NCBI GenBank assembly: GCA_963662625.1
Contig: OY759726.1
Span: 1,280,001 to 1,344,000, forward strand
Direction: 5' to 3'
Length of the DNA stretch: 64,000 nt
DNA from: Nitrosopumilus sp.
GTDB taxonomy: Archaea > Thermoproteota > Nitrososphaeria > Nitrososphaerales > Nitrosopumilaceae
The first letter of the stretch is position 1; the number at the start of each line of letters is the position of its first letter. Both the position numbers and the translations under genes were made by a program. The notes beneath the pieces were generated by a model. The model was not told where the DNA came from. It saw only the letters and a program-made list of their open reading frames with translations, and searched no databases. Shown here piece after piece: positions 29,707-38,906 of this stretch.

Positions 29707-30465
29707 TTGAAGATAGAGGAGTTCATGAAGACCCTTCCTGAGGGGATAGTCAGCGGGGAGGACGTGGCCCTGCCGGAGGGATCCCTGAGGGACGCCTTCA
29801 GGCTCGCGGGGCTGGGCAGCGGGGACGTCTTCTACCACCTGGGGTGCGGCGACGGGAAGGGGGTGTCCATCGCGGTCCGGGAGTTTGGCGTGAAAAGGGC
29901 CGTGGGCATCGACATCGACCCGGGCAAGATCCGGAGCGCCAGGGACAGCGCCGGCGACGGCGGCCCGAGGTGGGATTTCTTATGCGAGGACGTCAGGGAC
30001 TCTGACATCTCGGATGCGACCGTGGTCCTGTTCTGGTTTACTGACGAGGGCGTCACCGAGGCCATGATGAAGAAATTCGAGGGGATGGGGCCCGGGACGA
30101 GGATCGTCACCGTGTGGGGGCCGCTGCCGGGCTGCCTGCCGGACAGGGTGGAATTCCCGTACATCGTAAACGGGGCCCCGCTCAAGAGGGCGGACAGCCT
30201 CCAGGAACAGCTGCTGGCGGTCTTTGGCGTCAAGTGCGTGGACTTTGTGACGGCGTGGGAGTTCGCGGAGAGGTACACCAAGGCCATCGCTTCCCCCGGG
30301 ATCCAAAACGACCGGTTCCTGACCATCATCCAGACCCTGGTGATATGGATCAGCGCAAGGAACCTGGGGGTCGCGTGCGGCGAGGGGATCCCGGAGTCCA
30401 TCCGGACGTACATCGGCATCATGAAGGAGCACTTTGACATCGACTTCGGGCACCTGCTGGAGTGA
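29707..30465 (+). CDS. Class I SAM-dependent methyltransferase (DOT1/aKMT-like)
   Basis: FYHLGCGDG, GIDID and DATVV. Confidence 0.8.
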   Translation: MKIEEFMKTLPEGIVSGEDVALPEGSLRDAFRLAGLGSGDVFYHLGCGDGKGVSIAVREFGVKRAVGIDIDPGKIRSARDSAGDGGPRWDFLCEDVRDSDISDATVVLFWFTDEGVTEAMMKKFEGMGPGTRIVTVWGPLPGCLPDRVEFPYIVNGAPLKRADSLQEQLLAVFGVKCVDFVTAWEFAERYTKAIASPGIQNDRFLTIIQTLVIWISARNLGVACGEGIPESIRTYIGIMKEHFDIDFGHLLE

Positions 30466-30713
30466 CCGGGCCAGCCGGGCCGGGCCCGCGCGACCCGATC
30501 TGGCCCCCTCCGGGCCGGGACTCTGGCCCGCGAGCCGGCGATCGGGGGACGGATCCGGCCGCCGGCGCCCCCCGCCGCAGGCCACCGATCCGGACGGGAA
30601 CGCATCCGCGGGCCCGCCCCCGGCGCGCCGTATTGGGTGAAAAGATTTTACATATGTGGCAGACCCCCTTTGTTAAAATACATAAATACCAAGATTGTTG
30701 CTGTTCAAATAGG

Positions 30714-31565
30714 ATGAAACCGAAATATTCAACCGCATCGGCGGTGCTACTCCTGATGGCCTTGTCGGCGGTCTCGGTGGCGGCGATCCAGCAGGACGCC
30801 TTTGCCCAGACCACGGGGATGTCCGTCACGGCAATGGCAGACAAGGGATCGGACAAGATAATGGTCAGCGGGCAGACGATGTCGCAGCTTGACGTTGCGT
30901 TCAAGGTCACCTCGCCAAGCGGCAACAATGTGGTTGGTATTGACCAAGTAACACCTGACACGGCCGGGAACTTTAACACTACATTCGTAGTGGGCGACAC
31001 GTGGAATGAGAACGGCTTTTACTCCATAACGGCGAAGCAGGGAAGCTCCCTGCTGTACAACATGACCGTGTTCGTCGAGGTGACCGACGGGATGACCGAG
31101 GACACAATGGCCACCCAGTCCAGCCTTGAGATCCCTACGTTCGGCCCGGTGGATGACGGCATGGCCGCACCCGGCGGCCTCTCCATACAGGCAGACGCGG
31201 TCGTGGGCTCCACCACAATCGGGGTCACCGGCACGACCGACAGGGTGAACACGGACGTGACGTTCACCGTGACGTCGCCCAACGGAAACCGCGTCGGGGT
31301 AGGCCAGGTGACGCCGGGACTCACCGGCGAGTTCGCGCTGGACATTACCACCGGCGGCTCGCTGTGGAAGCAGGACGGTGACTATGCCGTCTCGGCCCAG
31401 CAGGGGAGCGACCCCGCATACAGCGATTCGGTCATGGTCGAGATCAAGGACGGCGTAATAGTTCCAGAGTTTGGCACGATCGCGGCAATGGTGCTTGCGG
31501 TGGCAATCATATCGATAATCGCGGTCACCGCGAGGTCGAGACTGAGCGTCATGCCGAGATACTAG
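30714..31565 (+). CDS. PEFG-CTERM surface protein 1 (two Ig-like repeats)
   Basis: Signal peptide, duplicated VTSPxGN...W..G.Y domain, VPEFG + TM + basic tail. Confidence 0.88.
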   Translation: MKPKYSTASAVLLLMALSAVSVAAIQQDAFAQTTGMSVTAMADKGSDKIMVSGQTMSQLDVAFKVTSPSGNNVVGIDQVTPDTAGNFNTTFVVGDTWNENGFYSITAKQGSSLLYNMTVFVEVTDGMTEDTMATQSSLEIPTFGPVDDGMAAPGGLSIQADAVVGSTTIGVTGTTDRVNTDVTFTVTSPNGNRVGVGQVTPGLTGEFALDITTGGSLWKQDGDYAVSAQQGSDPAYSDSVMVEIKDGVIVPEFGTIAAMVLAVAIISIIAVTARSRLSVMPRY

Positions 31566-31573
31566 CCTCACAT

Positions 31574-31587
31574 CTTTTTCCTTTTTT
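31574..31587 (+). terminator. Oligo-T archaeal terminator
   Basis: tctttttcctttttt directly after the stop codon. Confidence 0.6.
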
Positions 31588-31649
31588 AGGACGCGCGTGC
31601 GCACGGAGCAGGCGCGCCCCGGGGATGCGGCGCCACACGGCGCGCGGCG

Positions 31650-32260
31650 GCGGAAAGCCGCCGGCCCCGAAAAACCTGGACGCCCCGCGGTGACGCGGCA
31701 CTGGGTGCCGAAGGCGGGCCGGGACCGCACGGGGGGCGGCTCCCCGCGGAGGCGACTGAAAACGGCGGCGTACGTCATCGGGCCCGCGGACACGGCAGGC
31801 GCGAAACCGGCGCGGATCCGAACTTGTACCTGCGCCCGGACCCGCCGCGGACGCGCTTCGCTCCAGGCAGTGGCCCCGGAACCCGCTCGTGCCCGGGGGC
31901 GTGCGCCCCGCCCACGCGGACGCGGCATGGCGCACGGACGCCGCGTCCTGGCCGGCGCCGCCACCGCACGCTGCACCCTGCAGCTTGGTGGCTGCAGCAA
32001 CGCGCGCGATCCCTGAGCCGGGGCCGCACGGGACGGGTTGCCCCTCGACCCGGGCGGCGCGCCGTCCCCCGCCGCGCATGCGGCCGCAGAGTGTCGGAGC
32101 GGTTCCACGGGGCATGGCCGAAACGCCACCTTGCCAGACCGGAAGCGCGTCCCGGGTTGCCATGGGAAGCGCCCCGCGATCCTGCGGCGGCTTCCGACGC
32201 GCCCGCGACGATCCGTTCCCCTGACACGTCCCGGCCTGATCGGGTCACGGTGGCTCTGGC
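31650..32260 (+). pseudogene. Heavily eroded element, possibly an IS6-family transposase remnant
   Basis: Fragments HWVPK, RRRLKTAAYVI, VAPEP and DDPFP appear in the order of IS6 motifs recalled from memory; frameshifted. Confidence 0.3.
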
Positions 32261-32370
32261 CGCACGCCGGCAGCCGCGGGCGGGCCGGGTTTTTCCCGGA
32301 AAAATTCCCGCGGCGGCCCGTTTTCCCATTTTAAATATACATAAATAGAGTTGGCACGGACTTTAGTGAG

Positions 32371-33258
32371 ATGAGCAACAGCAAATCATTCGCGTTACTG
32401 GCAGTCTTGACGCTGGCCGGCGCCATGACAATGTCATCGGCCTACGCCTTGGAACAGGCGTACCCCGGCATGGACGGCGACGTCAGGGAGACCGCAAAGC
32501 AGATGGTGCTAGACGACATCCCGATCTCCGTCTGGACCGACCAGACGTCCTACGATCACGACAGCATGATCCAGGTTAGCGGGATAGTGGCAAACAAGAT
32601 CACCGGGATCCCGGTGACGCTTACCGTGACAAACCCAATGAACTCCGTCGTGACGATCGACCAGATCGACGTCAACGCTGACGGCAGCTTCGGGACCGCG
32701 ATCAGCACGGCAAGCGAGCTGTGGAAGTACAATGGGACCTACGCCATCAAGGTCAACTACGGCAGCGCCGAGAAGAACAACAAGGTGCTCGTGGAGCTGA
32801 CGGGAGGGGTGAACTACATGCCGCCAGACGCCATGCCTGGCCCGGACGGCTGCAATTCCGGGGAGGTGGCCGCGGCGGTAGACGCGGATACCTACTGCAT
32901 ACCGTTTAGCATCACCGGCGGCTCGGTTACAGGGGCAGCCATCAACATGAAGGACAACTCCATCGTCTTCCAAATCAGCGCAGACGATGACGGCGTGCTG
33001 AAACTGAACCCGTCCACGGACGTGATAGACGGCGTCTTCATGACGCTAGTCGACGGCGAGGAATGGGACGACGCCTATTACTACGACGACGGCACGATCA
33101 AGGTGAAGTTCCTGGCGGGGGCCGAAAACGTGGAGATAATAGGCACCTACGTAATCCCGGAGTTTGGCACGATCGCGGCAATGGTGCTTGCGGTGGCAAT
33201 CATATCGATAATCGCGGTCACCGCGAGGTCGAGGCTGAGCGTCATGCCCAGGTACTAG
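32371..33258 (+). CDS. PEFG-CTERM surface protein 2
   Basis: Signal peptide, IPEFG + TM + RSRLSVMPRY tail. Confidence 0.88.
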   Translation: MSNSKSFALLAVLTLAGAMTMSSAYALEQAYPGMDGDVRETAKQMVLDDIPISVWTDQTSYDHDSMIQVSGIVANKITGIPVTLTVTNPMNSVVTIDQIDVNADGSFGTAISTASELWKYNGTYAIKVNYGSAEKNNKVLVELTGGVNYMPPDAMPGPDGCNSGEVAAAVDADTYCIPFSITGGSVTGAAINMKDNSIVFQISADDDGVLKLNPSTDVIDGVFMTLVDGEEWDDAYYYDDGTIKVKFLAGAENVEIIGTYVIPEFGTIAAMVLAVAIISIIAVTARSRLSVMPRY

Positions 33259-33276
33259 GCCCGCGCCACCCCGACC

Positions 33277-33289
33277 TTTTTTCATTTTT
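33277..33289 (+). terminator. Oligo-T archaeal terminator
   Basis: ttttttcattttt after the stop codon. Confidence 0.55.
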
Positions 33290-33329
33290 GATAGTAAAGG
33301 AAATATACAAACCCGCAGACGTTTAGGTT

Positions 33330-34133
33330 GTGGCCCCCTGGATCCTCTGCGGAATGCTAGTTCTGCTCCTGGCGGCGCCCGCCGCTGCCCTTGCCCAGAC
33401 GGACCAGCTGATCACGGTCCAGACCGACGACAACTCGTACGACGAGGGGGACACGATAGTGGTTTCGGGGCAGGTGTCCACCGTGATCGCCGGCACGCCG
33501 GTAACGTTGCAGCTTTTCAACGCCGGAAAGCTGGTGCAGGTCGCGCAGATGCAGGTGGCCCAGGACGGCAGCTACTCGCAGACGATCATCGCGGAAGGGA
33601 AGTACTGGGCCTCGGAGGGCGTGTACCTGGTAAGGGTGTCGTACGGCGGCGTGGAGCTCGAGACCCAGTTCAACTATTACCCGATGACGCAGGACGCCGC
33701 GCGGACGAACATCTTTGAGGTGGACGCCGGGAGTTCCGGCACCTTTGACGTAAAGTACACCATAAACGGCGGGACGGTAAGAGACATGTGGATCGACCAG
33801 AACGGGCTGTCGCTGATGGTGGCCATCGACTCGACCGACGAGGGGAGGATCTCGCTGGACCTGCCCAGGAGCGCGATTGACGCGAAGAACCAGGACCTGG
33901 GGGACATCGACTTCATAATCCTGATTGACGACGTCGAGGTGGACTACGAGGAACTGGGGACGGATCCGGGCATGCGGGTAATCACGGTTAATTTCGAGGA
34001 GGGGGACGAGGCCGTCAGGATCATCGGCACGTTCGTGATCCCGGAGTTTGGCGCCGTGGCGGCTGCGGTGCTGGCCGCGACGATCGCCTCTGCGGTGCTC
34101 CTGGCAAGGGCCCGGCCGCAGGTCAGGATCTAG
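33330..34133 (+). CDS. PEFG-CTERM surface protein 3
   Basis: Signal peptide, IIGTFVIPEFG + TM. Confidence 0.85.
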   Translation: MAPWILCGMLVLLLAAPAAALAQTDQLITVQTDDNSYDEGDTIVVSGQVSTVIAGTPVTLQLFNAGKLVQVAQMQVAQDGSYSQTIIAEGKYWASEGVYLVRVSYGGVELETQFNYYPMTQDAARTNIFEVDAGSSGTFDVKYTINGGTVRDMWIDQNGLSLMVAIDSTDEGRISLDLPRSAIDAKNQDLGDIDFIILIDDVEVDYEELGTDPGMRVITVNFEEGDEAVRIIGTFVIPEFGAVAAAVLAATIASAVLLARARPQVRI

Positions 34134-35295
34134 CTTCCCGCCCGAAGTATTTCTCCCTGAAGGGGGACACGGAACGCAGCTCGTCTACCACCTTTTTCAG
34201 CACCCTGACTGTCTCGCCGACCTCCTCCTCGGTGTTGAAGGATCCAAACGTCAGCCTCAGCGACCCGGTTATCTGCTCGTGGGAGAACCCCATGGCCTGC
34301 AGCACGTGGGATGCCTTCTGGGTGTGGACCGAGCACGCCGAGCCGGTGGAGGCATAGATGCCGTGCTCGTCCAGTTTTATGATCAGGTCCTCCCCGTTGA
34401 CCCCCAGGAACGTCAGGTGGGCGTTGTTTGGCAGCCTGTCCTTGGGGTGCCCGTTGAGGGCGACCCCCGGGATGCCCCGCGTCGCCTCCCCCACCAGGCG
34501 GTCCCGCAGGCCCGCGGCGTGGCCGGCGTTCCGCCCCATGCCCTCCATGGCGATCTCGCACGCCTTGCCGAACCCTACGACGCCTGCCACGTTTTCCGTG
34601 CCCGAGCGCAGGCCGTTTTCCTGCCCCCCGCCGAAAATCACGGGGCCCACGCGGGTGCCGCCCCGCACGTACAGCGCGCCCACCCCCTTCGGCCCGTTGA
34701 TCTTGTGGGATGACATCGAAAGCAGATGGACGCCGAGCTTCTTGACGTCGATGGGCACCTTTCCGACGGCCTGGACGGCGTCGCTGTGGAACGGGACGCC
34801 CCTGTCCCGGCAGATCGCGGCGATCTCGGAGACGGGCTCGATCGTGCCGACCTCGTTGTTGGCGAACATCACCGATACGAGGCCCGTCTCCTCGGAGATG
34901 GACTCCTCCAGGCTCCGGACGTCGACGGTGCCGAACCCGTCGACCGGAAGGTAGACGACGTCAAAGCCGGCCCCTTCCAGCCGCCTGCACGGCTCCAGGA
35001 CGGCGTCATGCTCGATGGACGACGTGATTATCCGGGAGGCAGGATTCCCGGCAGCGATCCCGAAGATGGCCGTGTTGTTCGACTCCGTGCCCCCCGACGT
35101 CAGCAGTATCTCGGAGGGCTCCGCGTTCACCAGCGCGGCGATCTGCCTCCTTGCCTTCTCCACTGCCCTCCTGGCGGAGCGGCCGTGGCGGTGGATCGAC
35201 GACGGGTTCCCGTACTGCTCCCCCATGTACGGGGCCATCGACTCGAGGACGGCGTCGTGGATCCTGGTGGACGCCGCGTTGTCCAGGTAGATCAA
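34123..35295 (-). CDS. iscS: Cysteine desulfurase (IscS/NifS)
   Basis: TTG start overlapping the larE stop; IYLDNAAST, SGGTESNN, SSHKINGPKG, RSGTEN and STGSAC. Confidence 0.93.
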   Translation of the reverse strand: MIYLDNAASTRIHDAVLESMAPYMGEQYGNPSSIHRHGRSARRAVEKARRQIAALVNAEPSEILLTSGGTESNNTAIFGIAAGNPASRIITSSIEHDAVLEPCRRLEGAGFDVVYLPVDGFGTVDVRSLEESISEETGLVSVMFANNEVGTIEPVSEIAAICRDRGVPFHSDAVQAVGKVPIDVKKLGVHLLSMSSHKINGPKGVGALYVRGGTRVGPVIFGGGQENGLRSGTENVAGVVGFGKACEIAMEGMGRNAGHAAGLRDRLVGEATRGIPGVALNGHPKDRLPNNAHLTFLGVNGEDLIIKLDEHGIYASTGSACSVHTQKASHVLQAMGFSHEQITGSLRLTFGSFNTEEEVGETVRVLKKVVDELRSVSPFREKYFGREARS

Positions 35296-36092
35296 CGCGG
35301 CGTCACGTTGGCCCTGCCCGGGGAGTACCCGCGCGGATCGACGCTGACCGACGAGAATCCCATGAGCTTGAGCCTCGCAGTGATGCCGGCCATCACCCGG
35401 GCGTCGCCGAGCCTGTCCAGGTGCCGGCTCTCCACCTCTATGCTGGCCGCGCCGCCGACGTCCCTCACCCGCACCTGCCTCAGCCTCGTGGCCTGCTTCA
35501 CCACGGTCTCCCCGAGCTCGATCCGCGCTAGCCTTTCCGAGGTGACCCTCTGCCCCCACGGGATCCTGGACGCCAGGCACGAGTTGGACGGCCTGTCGTA
35601 GACCGACAGCCCGGCAAGCCTGGCCGCCTCCCTCACGTCCTTCTTCGCGAAACCCGCCTCCACGAGCGGGCTCCTTATGCCGTTCTGGCGCATGGCCTCT
35701 ATCCCCGGCCTGTAGTCCCCAAGGTCGTCCAGGTTAGTGCCGTCCACCACCACGTCCGCGCCGCGGCCGCGGGCCAGGCCGCGGAGGCGCTCCCCGAGCT
35801 CCGTCCTGCAGTGGAAGCACCGCCCCGGGTCGTTCCTCGCGAAATCCTCGTTCCCGAGCTCGTCGTAGTCAAGCAGGACCTGCCTTATGCCTATCTCAGA
35901 GCATACCCGCCTGGCCGAGTCCAGCTCCTCCCGCGCCAGCGTCCTGTAGTCCGCGGTAACGGCGACGGCCCCGTCCCCCAGGCTCTCAAACGCAGCGTAG
36001 GCTACGAGCGCGCTGTCGACCCCGCCGGAGAGCGCTACCAGCGCGGTCTCCTTGCCCCCGAACCAGTCCGTGAGATCCCCGATCTTGGTCAT
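35292..36092 (-). CDS. larE: NPN cofactor sulfur insertase LarE
   Basis: SGGVDS PP-loop, RCFHC, DGTNLDD, DYRPG and SCLASR. Confidence 0.92.
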   Translation of the reverse strand: MTKIGDLTDWFGGKETALVALSGGVDSALVAYAAFESLGDGAVAVTADYRTLAREELDSARRVCSEIGIRQVLLDYDELGNEDFARNDPGRCFHCRTELGERLRGLARGRGADVVVDGTNLDDLGDYRPGIEAMRQNGIRSPLVEAGFAKKDVREAARLAGLSVYDRPSNSCLASRIPWGQRVTSERLARIELGETVVKQATRLRQVRVRDVGGAASIEVESRHLDRLGDARVMAGITARLKLMGFSSVSVDPRGYSPGRANVTPR

Positions 36093-37315
36093 TTTCCCCC
36101 CTCCTTCTCGATCCCTCTCCTAATCAAGGATTCGGTATCCCTGAGCGGCATGCCGATGCGCCTCGACACGTCCTGCAGGTCGTCAAACTCTATCTTCAGG
36201 TAGGTCCTGCCCTTGAACCGAGAGGCCTTGTAACGGACGTCAAACGTCCTGCCGCCCAGTTCCACCGAGGCGCTGTGGACGGTGCGGGGAAGCACCAGCC
36301 GATCCGATCCGCCTACCCGTATCCCCAGCGTGCCCGTCTCGCCGATCACGGCGTCGATGATCCCCTCCATGGAGCCGTCGTCGCACATGATGGAGATCAG
36401 GTTCGTGGGCCTGTTCTTCTTGGTGATGCCCGGGTAGATGGACACGTCCCTTGCCCCCCTCTCCATGATCCTCTCGACCAGGTTCCCCAGGACCTCGCCG
36501 GACACGTCGTCGACGTTCGTCTCCAGGATCCTCACCGATTCCGCCCCGAGGGCGTTCCTCTGGCGGCCGCGCACCAACTTCAACACGTTGGAAAACGACC
36601 CAAAGTCCCTCTTCCCGGAGCCGTACCCGGTAGCCGTCACCTCCATTTGCGGGTAGTAGTCCATGGGGGAGGTGGCCAGGTTCCTCAGGATGCACGCGCC
36701 CGTGGGGGTGGTCAGCTCGCCCTCCACGGGGCTGCCGCGGATCGCCAGCCCGGAGTTCTTGAGGATCTCCAGCACCGCGCTCGCGGGGTTGGACGTGGTG
36801 CCGTGCGAGAACGTGACGGATCCGCCCCCGACGGCGATCGGCATGCATGCCACCTCCTCCCCGAACAGGGAGAGGTCCTCCAGGGATATGGCGACGCCCA
36901 CGATGTCCACCACCGTGTCGATGCTCGCCGCCTCGTGGAAGTGGACGGACTCGGCCGGGATCCCGTGCACCCTTGACTCCGCGTCGATCAGGGAACCCAC
37001 GCATGACTCGGCGAACCGCTTCGCCCCGCCCGACAGGCCCAGCCCGTCGACCGACGAGGAGACTGCGCGCCTGATGTCGGAGCCCTTCCGCCTGTGGCGC
37101 TCCTCGCCGACCTCCAGCACCAGCCCCGTGGAACTTATCCCGTTCTTGTCGTTCTTTTCAAACCCGACCTCCAGGATTTCGGATCCGGGCAGGAACTTGG
37201 GGGATGAGCCCACACCGTCAATGACCCTGGACTTGTCGGCGCCGAGATCCACCAGCGCGCACAGCAGCATGTCGCCGGACACCCCGGCTATCTGGGGATC
37301 GACAACTAGAACCAT
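36089..37315 (-). CDS. larC: NPN cofactor nickel insertase LarC
   Basis: AGVSGDM, VHFHE, ELTTPTGA, LETNVDD, KKNRP, ETGTLGIR and KIEFDD. Confidence 0.92.
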   Translation of the reverse strand: MVLVVDPQIAGVSGDMLLCALVDLGADKSRVIDGVGSSPKFLPGSEILEVGFEKNDKNGISSTGLVLEVGEERHRRKGSDIRRAVSSSVDGLGLSGGAKRFAESCVGSLIDAESRVHGIPAESVHFHEAASIDTVVDIVGVAISLEDLSLFGEEVACMPIAVGGGSVTFSHGTTSNPASAVLEILKNSGLAIRGSPVEGELTTPTGACILRNLATSPMDYYPQMEVTATGYGSGKRDFGSFSNVLKLVRGRQRNALGAESVRILETNVDDVSGEVLGNLVERIMERGARDVSIYPGITKKNRPTNLISIMCDDGSMEGIIDAVIGETGTLGIRVGGSDRLVLPRTVHSASVELGGRTFDVRYKASRFKGRTYLKIEFDDLQDVSRRIGMPLRDTESLIRRGIEKEGGK

Positions 37316-37477
37316 GGGGTAAAAAACACTGAAATGAATATAAATTATGAGCGGGGGCGCGGCCCCGCCTTCCGAGGAAACCCGCGCGGCCCGCGGCGGC
37401 CCTGGCTGCGCGGCGCCGGCCCGCGCCGCCATTCCAGGACAGTCATGTTATAATACCGCCTGATTCTCAAAATTGTA

Positions 37478-37705
37478 ATGAAGTATGTCAGCCCCACCAG
37501 GCTCAAGGTCCTGATCATGATGTTTTTTGCGACCGGCGTGGTAGGGATGCTGGTCGGGCTGACGATAGCCCCAAAGCCACACGTCATGCTCGTCACCTTC
37601 ATGGGGGTGATCAACGTGTCGCTCGGGGCGTTCTTCGTCTGGATATACCTGGTGCAGGAGCCGTCCCCCCGGGACAAGCGGAAGAAGAAACAGAAGGATC
37701 GCTAG
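37478..37705 (+). CDS. Small two-TM membrane protein
   Basis: TTATAATA at ~37448; two hydrophobic helices and a basic tail. Confidence 0.7.
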   Translation: MKYVSPTRLKVLIMMFFATGVVGMLVGLTIAPKPHVMLVTFMGVINVSLGAFFVWIYLVQEPSPRDKRKKKQKDR

Positions 37706-37764
37706 CCGGGCGGGGGCATTTTCGCCGCGGCGCGGGGCGCACGGCTCCTGTTAAATACCCTGCG

Positions 37765-38238
37765 TTGGGAGGTAACAGTGTGAAGGAAGGCGACGCGGCC
37801 GAAAACTTCGAGCTCCCTGCCCATGACGGCACCACGGTGTCCCTGGAGTCGTTCAGGGGCAGCAAGAACGTGGTGCTGTGCTTCTACCCGAAGAACCGCC
37901 TGTTTGGCTGCCCGTCGAAAAAAGTCTACAGGATGGCCGAGAGCGTGGTGGCCGCCTACCCAGACATAGAGTCGACCGGTTCCGTGCTCTTCGCGATATC
38001 CTGCGACACCGTGGAAAGCCAGAAAAAATTCGTCAGCGAGTACCGCGTGCCGTACGCCCACCTGAGCGACACCTCCAAGGGCACCTGCAAAAAGTACGCC
38101 GGACTGAACCTCGTCGGGCTCCCAAAGCGCGCCACGTTCGTCATAGACAAGCGCGGGATCGTGAGGAGGGTGTTTGAGGACGTCGCGGTGGAGCGCCACG
38201 GGGAGGATCTGGCGTCCTTTCTGAGGGGCATGGGCTAG
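37765..38238 (+). CDS. Peroxiredoxin (BCP/PrxQ-like) with atypical active-site loop
   Basis: VVLCFYPK...GC, LSD and RATFVID. Confidence 0.8.
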   Translation: MGGNSVKEGDAAENFELPAHDGTTVSLESFRGSKNVVLCFYPKNRLFGCPSKKVYRMAESVVAAYPDIESTGSVLFAISCDTVESQKKFVSEYRVPYAHLSDTSKGTCKKYAGLNLVGLPKRATFVIDKRGIVRRVFEDVAVERHGEDLASFLRGMG

Positions 38239-38345
38239 CCGGACTAGCCTTCCCGCGCCGGCGCCCGGCCCGCCCCGGGGATGCCGGGGAGACCCGGCGG
38301 CCGGGATCCCAGCCTCAAAAACATAAATAATCAGCCCGTCCCATC

Positions 38346-38906
38346 ATGCTCGCATTGCTCGACTTGGTTGCAAAGAAGCTGTTCCTCACCAAGGGCCGGG
38401 GAGTCCACGAAGACCGGCTCACCAGCTTCGAGTACGCCCTCAGGGACGCGGGGATAGCCGGGACCAACATCGTCCTGATATCCAGCATCTTTCCGCCCAA
38501 CGCCAAGCTCATCTCGAGGACCGAGGGGCTGAAGCAGATCAGGCCGGGCCAGATCCTCTTTACAATATATTCGAAGAACCAGACAAACGAGCCCTACCGG
38601 CTGTGCTCCGCGTCGGTCGGGATCGCGAGGCCGAAAAACCCGGACCGCTACGGGTACCTGTCCGAGTACGAGTCGTACGGGAAGAACGAGAGGCAGTCCG
38701 GCGACTATGCCGAGGACATCGCGGCCCAGATGCTGGCCTCCTCCCTCGGGATCCAGTTCGACGCCGACAAGAGCTGGGACGAAAAGCGCCAGCAATGGAA
38801 CATCTCGGGGCAGCTGTACAAGACCCAGCACATAACCCAGTCCGCCAAGGGCGACAAGGACGGCAAGTGGACCACCGTCTTTGCGGCCGCCGTGCTACTG
38901 GTGTGA
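38346..38906 (+). CDS. pdaD: Pyruvoyl-dependent arginine decarboxylase
   Basis: SFEYALRDAGI, NIVLISSIFP self-cleavage site, GYLSE. Confidence 0.9.
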   Translation: MLALLDLVAKKLFLTKGRGVHEDRLTSFEYALRDAGIAGTNIVLISSIFPPNAKLISRTEGLKQIRPGQILFTIYSKNQTNEPYRLCSASVGIARPKNPDRYGYLSEYESYGKNERQSGDYAEDIAAQMLASSLGIQFDADKSWDEKRQQWNISGQLYKTQHITQSAKGDKDGKWTTVFAAAVLLV

